This document shows positions 17,501 to 25,349 of a stretch of DNA of 64,000 nucleotides, in pieces; the first letter of the stretch is position 1, and every line of letters begins with the position of its first letter. The position numbers and the translations under genes are program-made. This DNA comes from Deltaproteobacteria bacterium (GTDB lineage Bacteria > Myxococcota > Kuafuiibacteriia > Kuafuiibacteriales > Kuafuiibacteriaceae): positions 28,804 to 92,803 of the forward strand of contig JAVJQW010000064.1 of the NCBI GenBank assembly GCA_040218735.1, in the 5' to 3' direction. The notes below the pieces were generated by a model. It had not been told where the DNA came from, searched no databases, and saw nothing but the letters and a program-made list of their open reading frames with translations.

Positions 17501-19024
17501 GCGGTCCCACGTGATGCGCGGCCGCAGCTCCGCGAAGCGGTCCGACGGGTAGCGCCCCGACAACATGTCGAGCACACCTTCGAACGACGAGCGCGGCAGA
17601 TCCGCGAACGACGCCGCGCCGCGGATCTGATCGTAGAGCTGCTCGACGTCGAGCTGATCCGCGCTCGCCATCGCGACGATCTGCTGCGCGAGGACGTCGA
17701 GCGGGTTTCGCGGGTAGTACGTCTCCTCGACCTTGCCCTCCAGCATCCGCACCGTCGCCGCGGCGCACGCGAGGAGGTCGCCGCGGAACTTCGGGAAGAT
17801 GTGGCCCTTCGAGGTGGCGCCGACCTGGTGGCCCGCGCGGCCGATGCGCTGCAGGCCGGAGGCGACCGACGGCGGCGCCTCGATCTGGATGACGAGATCC
17901 ACCGCGCCCATGTCGATGCCGAGCTCGAGCGAGGAGGTCGCGACGATCGCGGGGAGCAGCCCCTTCTTCAGGCGGTCTTCGATGACGAGGCGGGTGTCCT
18001 TCGCGATCGAGCCGTGGTGGGCGAGGGCGATCTCCTCCTCGGCACACTCGTTCAACGCACCCGCGAGCCGCTCCGCGAGGCGGCGGCTGTTCACGAAGAT
18101 CATCGTGGAGCGGTGCTGGCGGATCAGCTCGACGAGGCGCGGGTGGATCGACGGCCAGATGCTCTTGCCGCCGCTCTGATCCGCGGACGCGGGGCCGGAA
18201 CGGATCGGGGCGTCGTCGCCGATTCCTCGGATCGGGGCGTCGTCGCCGAGGCGGGCCATGTCCTCGACCGGGACCTCGACGGAGATTTGTAAGTCGCGGC
18301 GGCGGCCGGCGTCGATCACGTTCACGGGGCGCGGGCGCCACGCGTCGCCGTCGACGACGCCGCCCGCGAGGAGGCGCGCGATCTCGTCGAGCGGGCGCTG
18401 CGTCGCGGACAGGCCGATGCGGACGAGCGGGTCTGAGGAGCGGCGCAGCGCTTCGAGGCGCTCCAGCGAGAGGAACAGGTGCGTCCCGCGTTTGGTGGGG
18501 ACGAGGGAGTGGATCTCGTCGACGATCAGGGTGTCGACGGAGCGCAGCATCTCGCGCGCCTGCGAGGTGAGGATCAGGTAGAGCGACTCCGGCGTGGTGA
18601 TCAGGATGTCCGGCGGCGTGCGCTGCATCTTCGCGCGCTCCGACGACGGGGTGTCGCCGGAGCGCACGCCGACGGTGAGCTCGCGGTGCGGGACGCCGTC
18701 CCTCGCGGCGAGCGCGCGGATGCCGGTGAGGGGGGCGCGCAGGTTGCGCTCGACGTCGACGCCGAGCGCCTTGAGCGGCGAGATGTAGAGGACGCGGCAG
18801 CGCTCCATCTTCTCGGGCTCGGGCGAGAACATCAGCTCGTCGATCGCGGAGAGGAACGCGGCGAGGGTCTTGCCGGAGCCGGTCGGCGCGAGCAGGAGCG
18901 TGGAGCTGCGGTCTTGGATCGACGGCCAGCCCTTCCGCTGGGCGAGCGTGGGCCCGTCGGGGAACGACGCGTTGAACCACTGCTGCACCACGGGGTGGAG
19001 CCTCTCGAGCGCCGCTTTCGCCAC
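14543..19024 (-). CDS. lhr: Long-form Lhr DEAD/H-box helicase with C-terminal winged-helix domains
   Basis: APTGSGKT, YISPLKAL, TTPESL, DEIH, GLSAT, AHHGS, SSLELGID, QRIGRAGH, GGTIPDRG, RRGYFV. Start GTG 19024. Confidence 0.95.
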   Translation of the reverse strand: MAKAALERLHPVVQQWFNASFPDGPTLAQRKGWPSIQDRSSTLLLAPTGSGKTLAAFLSAIDELMFSPEPEKMERCRVLYISPLKALGVDVERNLRAPLTGIRALAARDGVPHRELTVGVRSGDTPSSERAKMQRTPPDILITTPESLYLILTSQAREMLRSVDTLIVDEIHSLVPTKRGTHLFLSLERLEALRRSSDPLVRIGLSATQRPLDEIARLLAGGVVDGDAWRPRPVNVIDAGRRRDLQISVEVPVEDMARLGDDAPIRGIGDDAPIRSGPASADQSGGKSIWPSIHPRLVELIRQHRSTMIFVNSRRLAERLAGALNECAEEEIALAHHGSIAKDTRLVIEDRLKKGLLPAIVATSSLELGIDMGAVDLVIQIEAPPSVASGLQRIGRAGHQVGATSKGHIFPKFRGDLLACAAATVRMLEGKVEETYYPRNPLDVLAQQIVAMASADQLDVEQLYDQIRGAASFADLPRSSFEGVLDMLSGRYPSDRFAELRPRITWDRVAGIVEARRGSKRVAIVNGGTIPDRGLYGVFLAGDETKKSRRVGELDEEMVFESRTGDVFLLGASSWRIEDIDHDKVLVSPAPGEPGKMPFWHGDRPGRPAELGAAIGALARKVARMKDGEAITHLEEEHRLDRLAAQNLVQFLAEQVEVTDEVPSDRTIVFERFVDEVGDWRVCILSPFGARVHAPWATAVLGKLEADTGGQVDLMWADDGIVFRLPEADAPPEPEDFFPAPDDLEDLVVRQLGSTSLFAARFRENAGRSLLLPKKHPQKRTPLWAQRRRSADLLSVASEFPQFPIILETYRECLRDVFDITALTELMRNVASRKVRVKTVQTKTPSPFAANLLFSYVANFIYDGDAPLAERRAQALSIDHAQLAELLGEAELRELLDGDVLEQLELRLQRLDSPYPIKHADGVHDLLLSIGDLTTDDIRARAEGAVDEWLPELKRTRRIVEVTIANERRWAAAEDIAKLRDALGVMPPPGLPEAFLETVGDPLEELVARYARTHAPFTAESVADRFGIGVAPVRAALLRLAEQDRVLEGEFIPGGRGTEWVDKDVLRALKRQSLAKLRRQVEPVEGDALARFLVDWQSVARPQRGLDGVLSAVEQLQGAPIPASVLESEILPARVAKYTPSMLDELCAAGEIVWRGHEPLGVNDGRVALYLTDHYPALATPITAAEGELAERVRALLAERGALFYSDLAKATGAFPADLVSAIWALVWAGEVTNDTVAPLRSFVGGKKTSKSRGRPGRSFRSRRLGPPGTEGRWSLLRAADVTPTAQKTALARQLLERYGVLVREAVHAENVTGGFSAVYTVLKAMEESGKIRRGYFVDGLGATQFALLGAEDRLRGFRDAPEEVTTLVLAATDPANPYGTMLPWPEREGARPQRAAGAHVVLSNGRLLAYVGRTEKSLLTFLPPRDPERTGAARQLVAALAELVTNGDRRALLVSKIDGDEPSASELAPRFAEAGFSASSRGFLLRRRLSRA

Positions 19025-19085
19025 GGACCGACGATGATAACGAAACGGGCGAAAAGTGCACGCGTGTTCAGGTGCTCCAATCCGC

Positions 19086-19115
19086 TTGACCCTGGGGCGG
19101 CCCGAAACGTACACG
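19086..19115 (+). promoter_or_regulatory. Sigma70-like promoter of scpB-rluB
   Basis: TTGACC-N18-TACACG, 9 nt before GTG 19125. Confidence 0.4.
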
Positions 19116-19124
19116 CGCCGGACC

Positions 19125-20084
19125 GTGGCGCTCGGGGAAGAACGGCTCCGCTCGATCGTCGAGTCTCTGCTCCTGATTTCGGCCGACCCGGTGCCGGTGG
19201 CGCGCCTCGTGGAGGTCATCCGCATCGAGGACCCCCAGACCGAGGAGGACACGATTCGGGCGGCGATCGGCAGCCTGGTCGAGCACTACGCCAACGCCGA
19301 GCGGCCGCTGGCCCGGGGCTTTCGGGTCGATGAGGTCGCCGGGGGCCTGCAGTACCGGACGACCCCGGAGAACGCGCAGTACGTGCGGCGCTACCTGGCG
19401 GCGAAGCCGCAGCGCCTCACGAAGGCGGCGCTCGAGACGCTCGCGATCATCGCGTACCGGCAGCCGGTGACGAAGCCGGAGGTCGAGGCGATCCGCGGGG
19501 TCGACGTGGGGGCCGCGCTCAAGGGGCTCTTGGAGCGCGACCTGATCAAGATCCTCGGCAAGCGCGACGAGGTCGGGCGGCCGATCATCTACGGCACGAC
19601 GACGGCGTTCTTGGAGTTCTTCGGGCTGAAGGCGCTCGGGGAGCTGCCCACGCTGCGCGAGTACCACGAGCTGGACGACGAGCATCAAAAGGAAGTCGAC
19701 GCCCTCGGCGGCGAGGAGAAGCAGTCGGTCGCGGACCTCGCGGCCGCGGCGAGCTTCCTCGTGGAGCGGCGCGAGGACCCGGAGCTCGACGCGCTCGACG
19801 CCGCGGTGGCGGACGTCGACCGCGTGAAGAAGACGGCCGACGACGCCCTGGATCCGCCCAAGCCCGAAGGGGCCGAGGGGGCGCCGGGCTCGGACGGAGC
19901 CAACGGTCCGGAGGGTCCGGAGGGAGCGGCGCCGAGCGCCGCAGAGGACGCCGCGCCCGAGCGCGTGGCCCAAGAAGCCGCGCCGGCGAGCGCGGACGAT
20001 GGTGCCGCACCCGAGGGTGCGGACGATGGCGCCGCTCGTGAGAGCGCCGCACCCGAGGCGCCGGCTGCGCCGACTGAGAGCTGA
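19125..20084 (+). CDS. scpB: Segregation and condensation protein B with acidic C-terminal tail
   Basis: IVESLLL, VAGGLQYRT, LTKAALETLAIIAYRQPVTK, IRGVD, GRPIIYGTTTAFLEFFGL. Confidence 0.95.
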   Translation: MALGEERLRSIVESLLLISADPVPVARLVEVIRIEDPQTEEDTIRAAIGSLVEHYANAERPLARGFRVDEVAGGLQYRTTPENAQYVRRYLAAKPQRLTKAALETLAIIAYRQPVTKPEVEAIRGVDVGAALKGLLERDLIKILGKRDEVGRPIIYGTTTAFLEFFGLKALGELPTLREYHELDDEHQKEVDALGGEEKQSVADLAAAASFLVERREDPELDALDAAVADVDRVKKTADDALDPPKPEGAEGAPGSDGANGPEGPEGAAPSAAEDAAPERVAQEAAPASADDGAAPEGADDGAARESAAPEAPAAPTES

Positions 20085-20087
20085 AAG

Positions 20088-22310
20088 ATGTCCATACGCC
20101 TGCAGGTGGTGTTGTCGCGCGCGGGGATCGCGTCGCGGCGGACCGCCGAGAAGATGATCGAGGACGGCCGCGTCGCCGTGAACGGCGAGGTCGTGCGCGA
20201 GCAGGGGACGAAGGTGGAAGACGCCGACGTCGTCACGCTCGATGGCGAGGTGGTGGGGCCCAAACAGGACCCGGTCACGCTCGTGATGTTCAAGCCGGCC
20301 GAGGTGGTCACGACGATGTCGGATCCCGAGGGCCGCGAGACGGTCGCCGACATCGTGCGCAACGAGCCGTACCGGTTGGTGCCGGTGGGGCGGCTCGACT
20401 ACCTCACCGAGGGCCTGCTGTTGATGTCGACGGACGGGGAGCTCATCGAGCGCCTCCTGCATCCGCGCCACAAGGTCCCGAAGATCTACGTCGTCAAGAC
20501 GGTCGGCACGATGGGCGACGAGGCGGTGACGCAGCTGATCGAGGGCGTGGAGCTCGAGGACGGCGTGACGCACCCGGCGGTGGTCGAGGTGCTCGAGCAG
20601 ACGCCGCGGCGGACGTGGATCGAGATCGTCGTGACCGAGGGGCGCAACCGATTGGTGCGTCGTATGTGCGAAGCGGTCGGGCACGAGGCGCTGCGCGTGG
20701 TGCGGACGGCGATCGGGACGATCGATCTCGGTGACCTGAAGCCCGGGCAGTACCGCTACCTCACCGCGCAGGAGCTCGGCGCGCTGTACAAGGCGGCGGG
20801 CCTCGAGAAGGCGCGACGCTTCGAGCCGGCCAACGCGGGCTACGTCATCGGCAAGGCGCGGCGCGGCAAGGGCGCGTTCCCGGGGTACGGCAACTTCGTG
20901 CACACGACCGTCGTGGAGCGCGAGCCGACGGGCCGGAACAAGAGGAAGGGGCCGCATCGCGAACGCAAGGACGACAAACGCCGCGGCGACCGCAGCGGCG
21001 CCGGGCGCGCACGACGCAACGACCGCGGCGGCGATCGTAGCGGCGCGGGGCGCTGGGGACGCGACGGCGACGAGCGCCGCACGCGTAGCGGCGACCGCGG
21101 CGGCGCGGGGCGCGAACGCCACGACGACCGCGGCGGCGACCGCAGCGGCGCCGGGCACTGGGGCAACGACGATCGCAAGGGCGGTGGACGAGGGCGCGAC
21201 GACCGCAGGGGCGGCGAGCGCTGGGACCGAGGCCACCGCGAGCGGGACGACGAACGGCGCGGCGCCGACGACGCACGCCGCGGACGCTGGAACCGCGACG
21301 ACCGCGACGGTGGCTCGGGCGGCGAGCGCGGCGGCGGATCCCGCGACCGCGCGGACGGGGATCGCCGCGGGCGCTGGAGCCGCGACGGTGGCTCGGGCGG
21401 CGAGCGCGGCGGCGGTGGCTATCGCGCGAGAGACGGCGCCCAGCGCCGAGGTGGTTCGGGCGGCGAGCGCGGCGATGGCGGCGACCGCCGAGGACGCGGA
21501 CGCTGGAGTCGCGACGACCGTGACAGTGGTTCGGGTCGCGAGCGCGGCGGACTGGACGACCGTGACGGTGGCTCGGGTCGCGAGCGCGGCGGACGCAACG
21601 ACCGCGGTTCGGATCGCGGGGGCGGCGGGCGTTGGGGTCGCGACGATGGCGAACGCCGTGGGCGCGGAGGCTGGAGTCGCGACGGCGACGATCGCGGCGG
21701 CCGCGGACGCGGCGGCGGATACCGCAACCGCGCGGGCGGCGACGATCGCGGCGACCGCGGCCGCGGAGGCTGGAGCCGCGACGGCGACGATCGCGGCGGC
21801 CGCGGACGTGGCGGCGGGTACCGCGACCGCGCGGGCGGTGACGATCGCGGCGGCCGCGGACGCTCGGCTCGGGACGATCGCAAGGGTGGCTCGGGTCGCG
21901 GTCGTGACGATCGCGAGGGCGGTTCGGGTCGCGGCGGCGGACGCTGGGGTCGCGACGACCGCGCGGGCGGCGATCGCCGAGGCGGCGGCCGAGACCGCGA
22001 TGACCGCAAGGGCGGTCGAGATCGTGATGACCGCAAGGGCGGTCGAGGCGGCGGCCGAGACCGCGATGACCGCAAGGGCGGTCGAGTCGGAGGGCGCGGA
22101 CAGGGCGAGCGCGAGGCCGGGGGCCGGAGCGGACGTGACGACCGCGGCGCCGGTGACGACGCCAAGCGCGGTGGCGGCTACGGCCGCGGCGATCGCAAAG
22201 GCGCGCGCGGCCGCAGCTCGAGCAAGGGCGCGCCGCGGGGCAGGTCGGGACCACGCGGCAAGCCGCGCGCGGGCGGACGCAAGGGCCCGCGCAAGGGCAG
22301 CCGGGACTGA
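20088..22310 (+). CDS. rluB: RsuA-family rRNA pseudouridine synthase (RluB-like) with >400-aa Arg/Gly/Asp-rich tail
   Basis: S4 domain RLQVVLSRAGIASRR, catalytic VGRLD, EGRNRLVRRM; lies directly after scpB. Confidence 0.88.
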   Translation: MSIRLQVVLSRAGIASRRTAEKMIEDGRVAVNGEVVREQGTKVEDADVVTLDGEVVGPKQDPVTLVMFKPAEVVTTMSDPEGRETVADIVRNEPYRLVPVGRLDYLTEGLLLMSTDGELIERLLHPRHKVPKIYVVKTVGTMGDEAVTQLIEGVELEDGVTHPAVVEVLEQTPRRTWIEIVVTEGRNRLVRRMCEAVGHEALRVVRTAIGTIDLGDLKPGQYRYLTAQELGALYKAAGLEKARRFEPANAGYVIGKARRGKGAFPGYGNFVHTTVVEREPTGRNKRKGPHRERKDDKRRGDRSGAGRARRNDRGGDRSGAGRWGRDGDERRTRSGDRGGAGRERHDDRGGDRSGAGHWGNDDRKGGGRGRDDRRGGERWDRGHRERDDERRGADDARRGRWNRDDRDGGSGGERGGGSRDRADGDRRGRWSRDGGSGGERGGGGYRARDGAQRRGGSGGERGDGGDRRGRGRWSRDDRDSGSGRERGGLDDRDGGSGRERGGRNDRGSDRGGGGRWGRDDGERRGRGGWSRDGDDRGGRGRGGGYRNRAGGDDRGDRGRGGWSRDGDDRGGRGRGGGYRDRAGGDDRGGRGRSARDDRKGGSGRGRDDREGGSGRGGGRWGRDDRAGGDRRGGGRDRDDRKGGRDRDDRKGGRGGGRDRDDRKGGRVGGRGQGEREAGGRSGRDDRGAGDDAKRGGGYGRGDRKGARGRSSSKGAPRGRSGPRGKPRAGGRKGPRKGSRD
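21663..21860 (+). repeat. 99-bp tandem duplication in the rluB tail
   Basis: Encodes GGWSRDGDDRGGRGRGGGYR(N/D)RAGGDDRG twice; further shorter DRDDRKGG repeats follow. Confidence 0.8.
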
Positions 22311-22420
22311 GCCCCTGCCCGCAACTCGACTTGCGGTTCGTGACGCCGTGATGGCTCGCCGAACCGATCCGATCCGAGGCGGTGGGTTGCGAGTCCGCAG
22401 GACGTTCGCGACACTGACGC

Positions 22421-24247
22421 ATCGTTCGACCCGTACCGCTGATCGTCGCCGTCCTGTGGGCTTCGTCCGCGTGGGCGTTCCCGGGCGGCAAGGCGCTCTG
22501 CACGAACGCGCGAGGTCAGGTCTACGCGTGTGACACCGTGCTCCGGCCCGGCAAGTTCTCCAAGTGGGAGCGGGTCATCGCCCCGGAGATCGATTGGAAC
22601 GAGGTGGTCGAGCGATCGAACGCGTCTCAGCGTCGCGCCGAGCAGCGTCACCGCGTGTCACCCCTCGGGCGTCGTGAGGCGGCGTGGAGCGAGCTGATCC
22701 GTCCGTGCGGGCGTGCTGATCCGTGTGCGTGCGCCATCGCGACGAGCGCCGCGCCGGCGTTCTGCAACACCGGCGTCAAGTCGGCTTGCGGGATGATCTT
22801 CCGGGGGCGTGGGGCCGCCGAGCCCGACTACGCCCGACGATGCCGAGCCCGACCCGACGCCATGCACCGCACGCTCCGCGAAGTCTGCGTGGCGCGCGCC
22901 AACCTCCAACACAGCATCGACCAGGCGCGTTCGTCCCAGGCGCAGAGCGATCTACGGAAGGGGCTCGCGAGCATCGACCGGTTGCGTCCGATGATGGAGG
23001 CACCCGCGGGGGGTGAGGGGTACTACCGGAAGAAGGACTTTCGGGCGTGGTGGTCGATGTACTGCGCGTCGAGCTCGCCCGAGGACTTTCGGCGACGTCA
23101 GCGCGAGGTCCGCCGCGGTGAGCAACAGGCGCGCCTCGACTCCGAGCGTCGCGAGCAAGCCGAGCGGCGCAAACGAGAGCAACGCGAGCGGCGGCTGGAC
23201 ACGGAGCCGCCCGCGGCTGCTCCGGCCGCTCGCCTCGAACACGACGGTCGACGACTCTTCGACCTCGTCGGTCTACCGATCGACGACGACCGCGTGGAGC
23301 GCGCGCTCGCGGCGCTCGGACGGCCGACGATGCGCCGGGCGAACGTGCAAACGTGGTCGTCGTCGAAACACGCGCCGCGACGCATCGACTACAACGTGTC
23401 GATCACCACGGACGACGCCAACCGCGTGCGTTCGGTCAGGCTCGGGGCGCGCTGGCCGGGACGTCTCCCGTACGGGCTTCATGCGTTCGGCCGGTCCGGG
23501 GAGAAGGGCGTCCCCGACGGCGACGATCTGCGGGACGCGCTCGGTCGCCCGCACGCGCGGGAGAAACAGAACGGCGGGCGCACGGCCGAGTGGTCCTGGA
23601 CGTTCGGCGACAAGAGGATCACCGCGTACGTCGGCCGCGGGCGCGCGCCGTCGCTGAAGTGGATCTGGGCCGAACGCGTTGAGCACACGGACGATCGGAC
23701 CGAGTCGAAGCGAGCCGGGCCCCGCGCGGATCCTCGCACCGCCGAGCTCGCGGCGCGCCGCTCCGAGAGGAGGCGAACGCGGGACGCGCGCATCGCCGAC
23801 GGGAAGGCGAAGCAGGCGGCCGAGTCCGCGCGCCGCGCCCGGCTCGGCGCCGATCTCGTCGAGCCGGGGCCGCTCGGGGTCTTCGATGTCGTCGGTCGCG
23901 ACATCGACGATTCGAACGTGACATCGCGCCTCGCCGCGCTCGGTGCTCCGGCGCGAAGCTCCGACACGAGTCGGCACTGGGAGGGCGTGAGTCTGTTCGG
24001 CGAGGGGGTCGTGCGGAAGGTCGTCCTGCGCCCGAAGTACGCGGGGCGGTTCCCGTACGGCCTTGGCGATCGTCGCCCGATCCGGGAGGCGGATCTCGAA
24101 GCGGCCCTCGGCGATCCGCTCACGAAGCGGCCGGGCTTCGGGACCCGCGTGATTTGGATCTGGCGCTTCGGCGACTTCGAGGTCTTCGCGTTCTTCGACG
24201 GCGGGACGAAGACGCTCACGCGCCTCGAACGACGCTCCGTGCGTTGA
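22421..24247 (+). CDS. Probably secreted hypothetical protein (Cys-rich N-region, charged helices, two related C-terminal modules)
   Basis: First canonical start is GTG 22538, but the frame is open back to TGA 22415-22417 and encodes a signal-like IVRPVPLIVAVLWASSAWA. Related modules FDLVG...GRLPYGL...LRDALG and FDVVG...GRFPYGL...LEAALG. Confidence 0.6.
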   Translation: MVRPVPLIVAVLWASSAWAFPGGKALCTNARGQVYACDTVLRPGKFSKWERVIAPEIDWNEVVERSNASQRRAEQRHRVSPLGRREAAWSELIRPCGRADPCACAIATSAAPAFCNTGVKSACGMIFRGRGAAEPDYARRCRARPDAMHRTLREVCVARANLQHSIDQARSSQAQSDLRKGLASIDRLRPMMEAPAGGEGYYRKKDFRAWWSMYCASSSPEDFRRRQREVRRGEQQARLDSERREQAERRKREQRERRLDTEPPAAAPAARLEHDGRRLFDLVGLPIDDDRVERALAALGRPTMRRANVQTWSSSKHAPRRIDYNVSITTDDANRVRSVRLGARWPGRLPYGLHAFGRSGEKGVPDGDDLRDALGRPHAREKQNGGRTAEWSWTFGDKRITAYVGRGRAPSLKWIWAERVEHTDDRTESKRAGPRADPRTAELAARRSERRRTRDARIADGKAKQAAESARRARLGADLVEPGPLGVFDVVGRDIDDSNVTSRLAALGAPARSSDTSRHWEGVSLFGEGVVRKVVLRPKYAGRFPYGLGDRRPIREADLEAALGDPLTKRPGFGTRVIWIWRFGDFEVFAFFDGGTKTLTRLERRSVR

Positions 24248-24252
24248 ACGTG

Positions 24253-24963
24253 TCAGCGCGGTGGGCCGCGCCCGCGCCCGGGGCCAAAGCGCCGGATCTC
24301 TTCGAACGCTTCGAGCTGCGTCGCGTCCAGGACCTCTGCGGCGCGCTGCTTCGTCGCGTCGCGCGCGGCCTCGAGGGCGGGGCGGATCTTGTCGAAGTCG
24401 GGTGGGCCGTCGCCGGCTTCGCGCTCGAACAGCGCGTGCAGCTTCTCGCGCTCGGCGTCGATCGCCTGGCGGAGGACCTGCGTCTGCGAGCTGTCGAGGC
24501 TGTGGTCTTCGACGAAGGACTGGAAACGTTCGTCCTCGCGCCGCTCGAACCGCTCGCGCATCTGCTTTCCGCGCTCCCGAAAGACGTCGTCCTGCACGCC
24601 GCGGACGATCGTCTCGAGGCGCTTGCGACCGGCCTCGGTGTCGAGGGGCTGATAGGCGAGCACGGCATCGACGTCCTCTCGGAGCGTCTCGATCTCCTTG
24701 GCGACTTCGCCCTCCGGGGCCTCGGCCACGGCGGTCGTGGGGAGCGTCCGCCGCTCGAGCGCCGAGACCCGCGCGGCGAGCGTCCGGACCTGGTGCTCGA
24801 GCGCCTGCACGCGCCCGTCGTCGGTGCGGTCCACTTCGGCGGCGCGGGGCTCGGCCGGCTCGGGGTGCGCGCGCGGTTCGGGTCGCGTCAGGCTGACGAC
24901 GAGCGCCGCAGCGCCCAGGACTGCGCCGAGGAGTGAGAGGAGTGTCGAGGTACGTGGATTCAT
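24253..24963 (-). CDS. Membrane-anchored coiled-coil hypothetical protein
   Basis: N-terminal hydrophobic helix, coiled-coil body, Spy/CpxP-like ending EVLDATQLEAF and a GPGRG tail. Confidence 0.7.
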   Translation of the reverse strand: MNPRTSTLLSLLGAVLGAAALVVSLTRPEPRAHPEPAEPRAAEVDRTDDGRVQALEHQVRTLAARVSALERRTLPTTAVAEAPEGEVAKEIETLREDVDAVLAYQPLDTEAGRKRLETIVRGVQDDVFRERGKQMRERFERREDERFQSFVEDHSLDSSQTQVLRQAIDAEREKLHALFEREAGDGPPDFDKIRPALEAARDATKQRAAEVLDATQLEAFEEIRRFGPGRGRGPPR

Positions 24964-24978
24964 CGGGCGACCCGGCGC

Positions 24979-25266
24979 TCACAGGCGCGCGAACTTGGAC
25001 GGCTGGGGGCGACCGTCGATCACCTTGTAGCCTTGTTTCCGCAGCCGTCGCAGGAAGTCGTTCAGGTTCCGCGCGCGCTTCATGTGGTTGAGCACGTCCG
25101 GTTCCACTTCGGTCAGGTAGCACTGCATCGTCGCAAAGGGGCACATCACGATGTCCGTGCCGTCCTCGGGGATGCGCGTGAAGTTGAACTCGCCGGGCTC
25201 TTCGGACAGGGCGAGCACGAGGCGATCGTCCCGGTTGTACACCGACCAGATCCGAACCTCGTCCAC
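24979..25266 (-). CDS. Small hypothetical protein (95 aa)
   Basis: GTG 25266 preceded by TACGCT; globular-looking sequence; divergent from aspS. Confidence 0.7.
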   Translation of the reverse strand: MDEVRIWSVYNRDDRLVLALSEEPGEFNFTRIPEDGTDIVMCPFATMQCYLTEVEPDVLNHMKRARNLNDFLRRLRKQGYKVIDGRPQPSKFARL

Positions 25267-25309
25267 GCCCCCGAGCGTACCCGATCGTGCGGCGCGAAGC
25301 CCTTCCGAA

Positions 25310-25338
25310 TTGACCGTGTGCACCCTTCGGGCTAACCG
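25310..25338 (+). promoter_or_regulatory. Sigma70-like promoter of aspS
   Basis: TTGACC-N17-TAACCG, 11 nt before ATG 25350. Confidence 0.45.
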
Positions 25339-25349
25339 CGCGGGCACCG

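Noticed and set aside
21184-22533. Ala/Thr-rich ORF overlapping the rluB tail as a separate gene
   Set aside because: Alternate-frame reading of the GC-rich repeats; the rluB frame is continuous to 22310.
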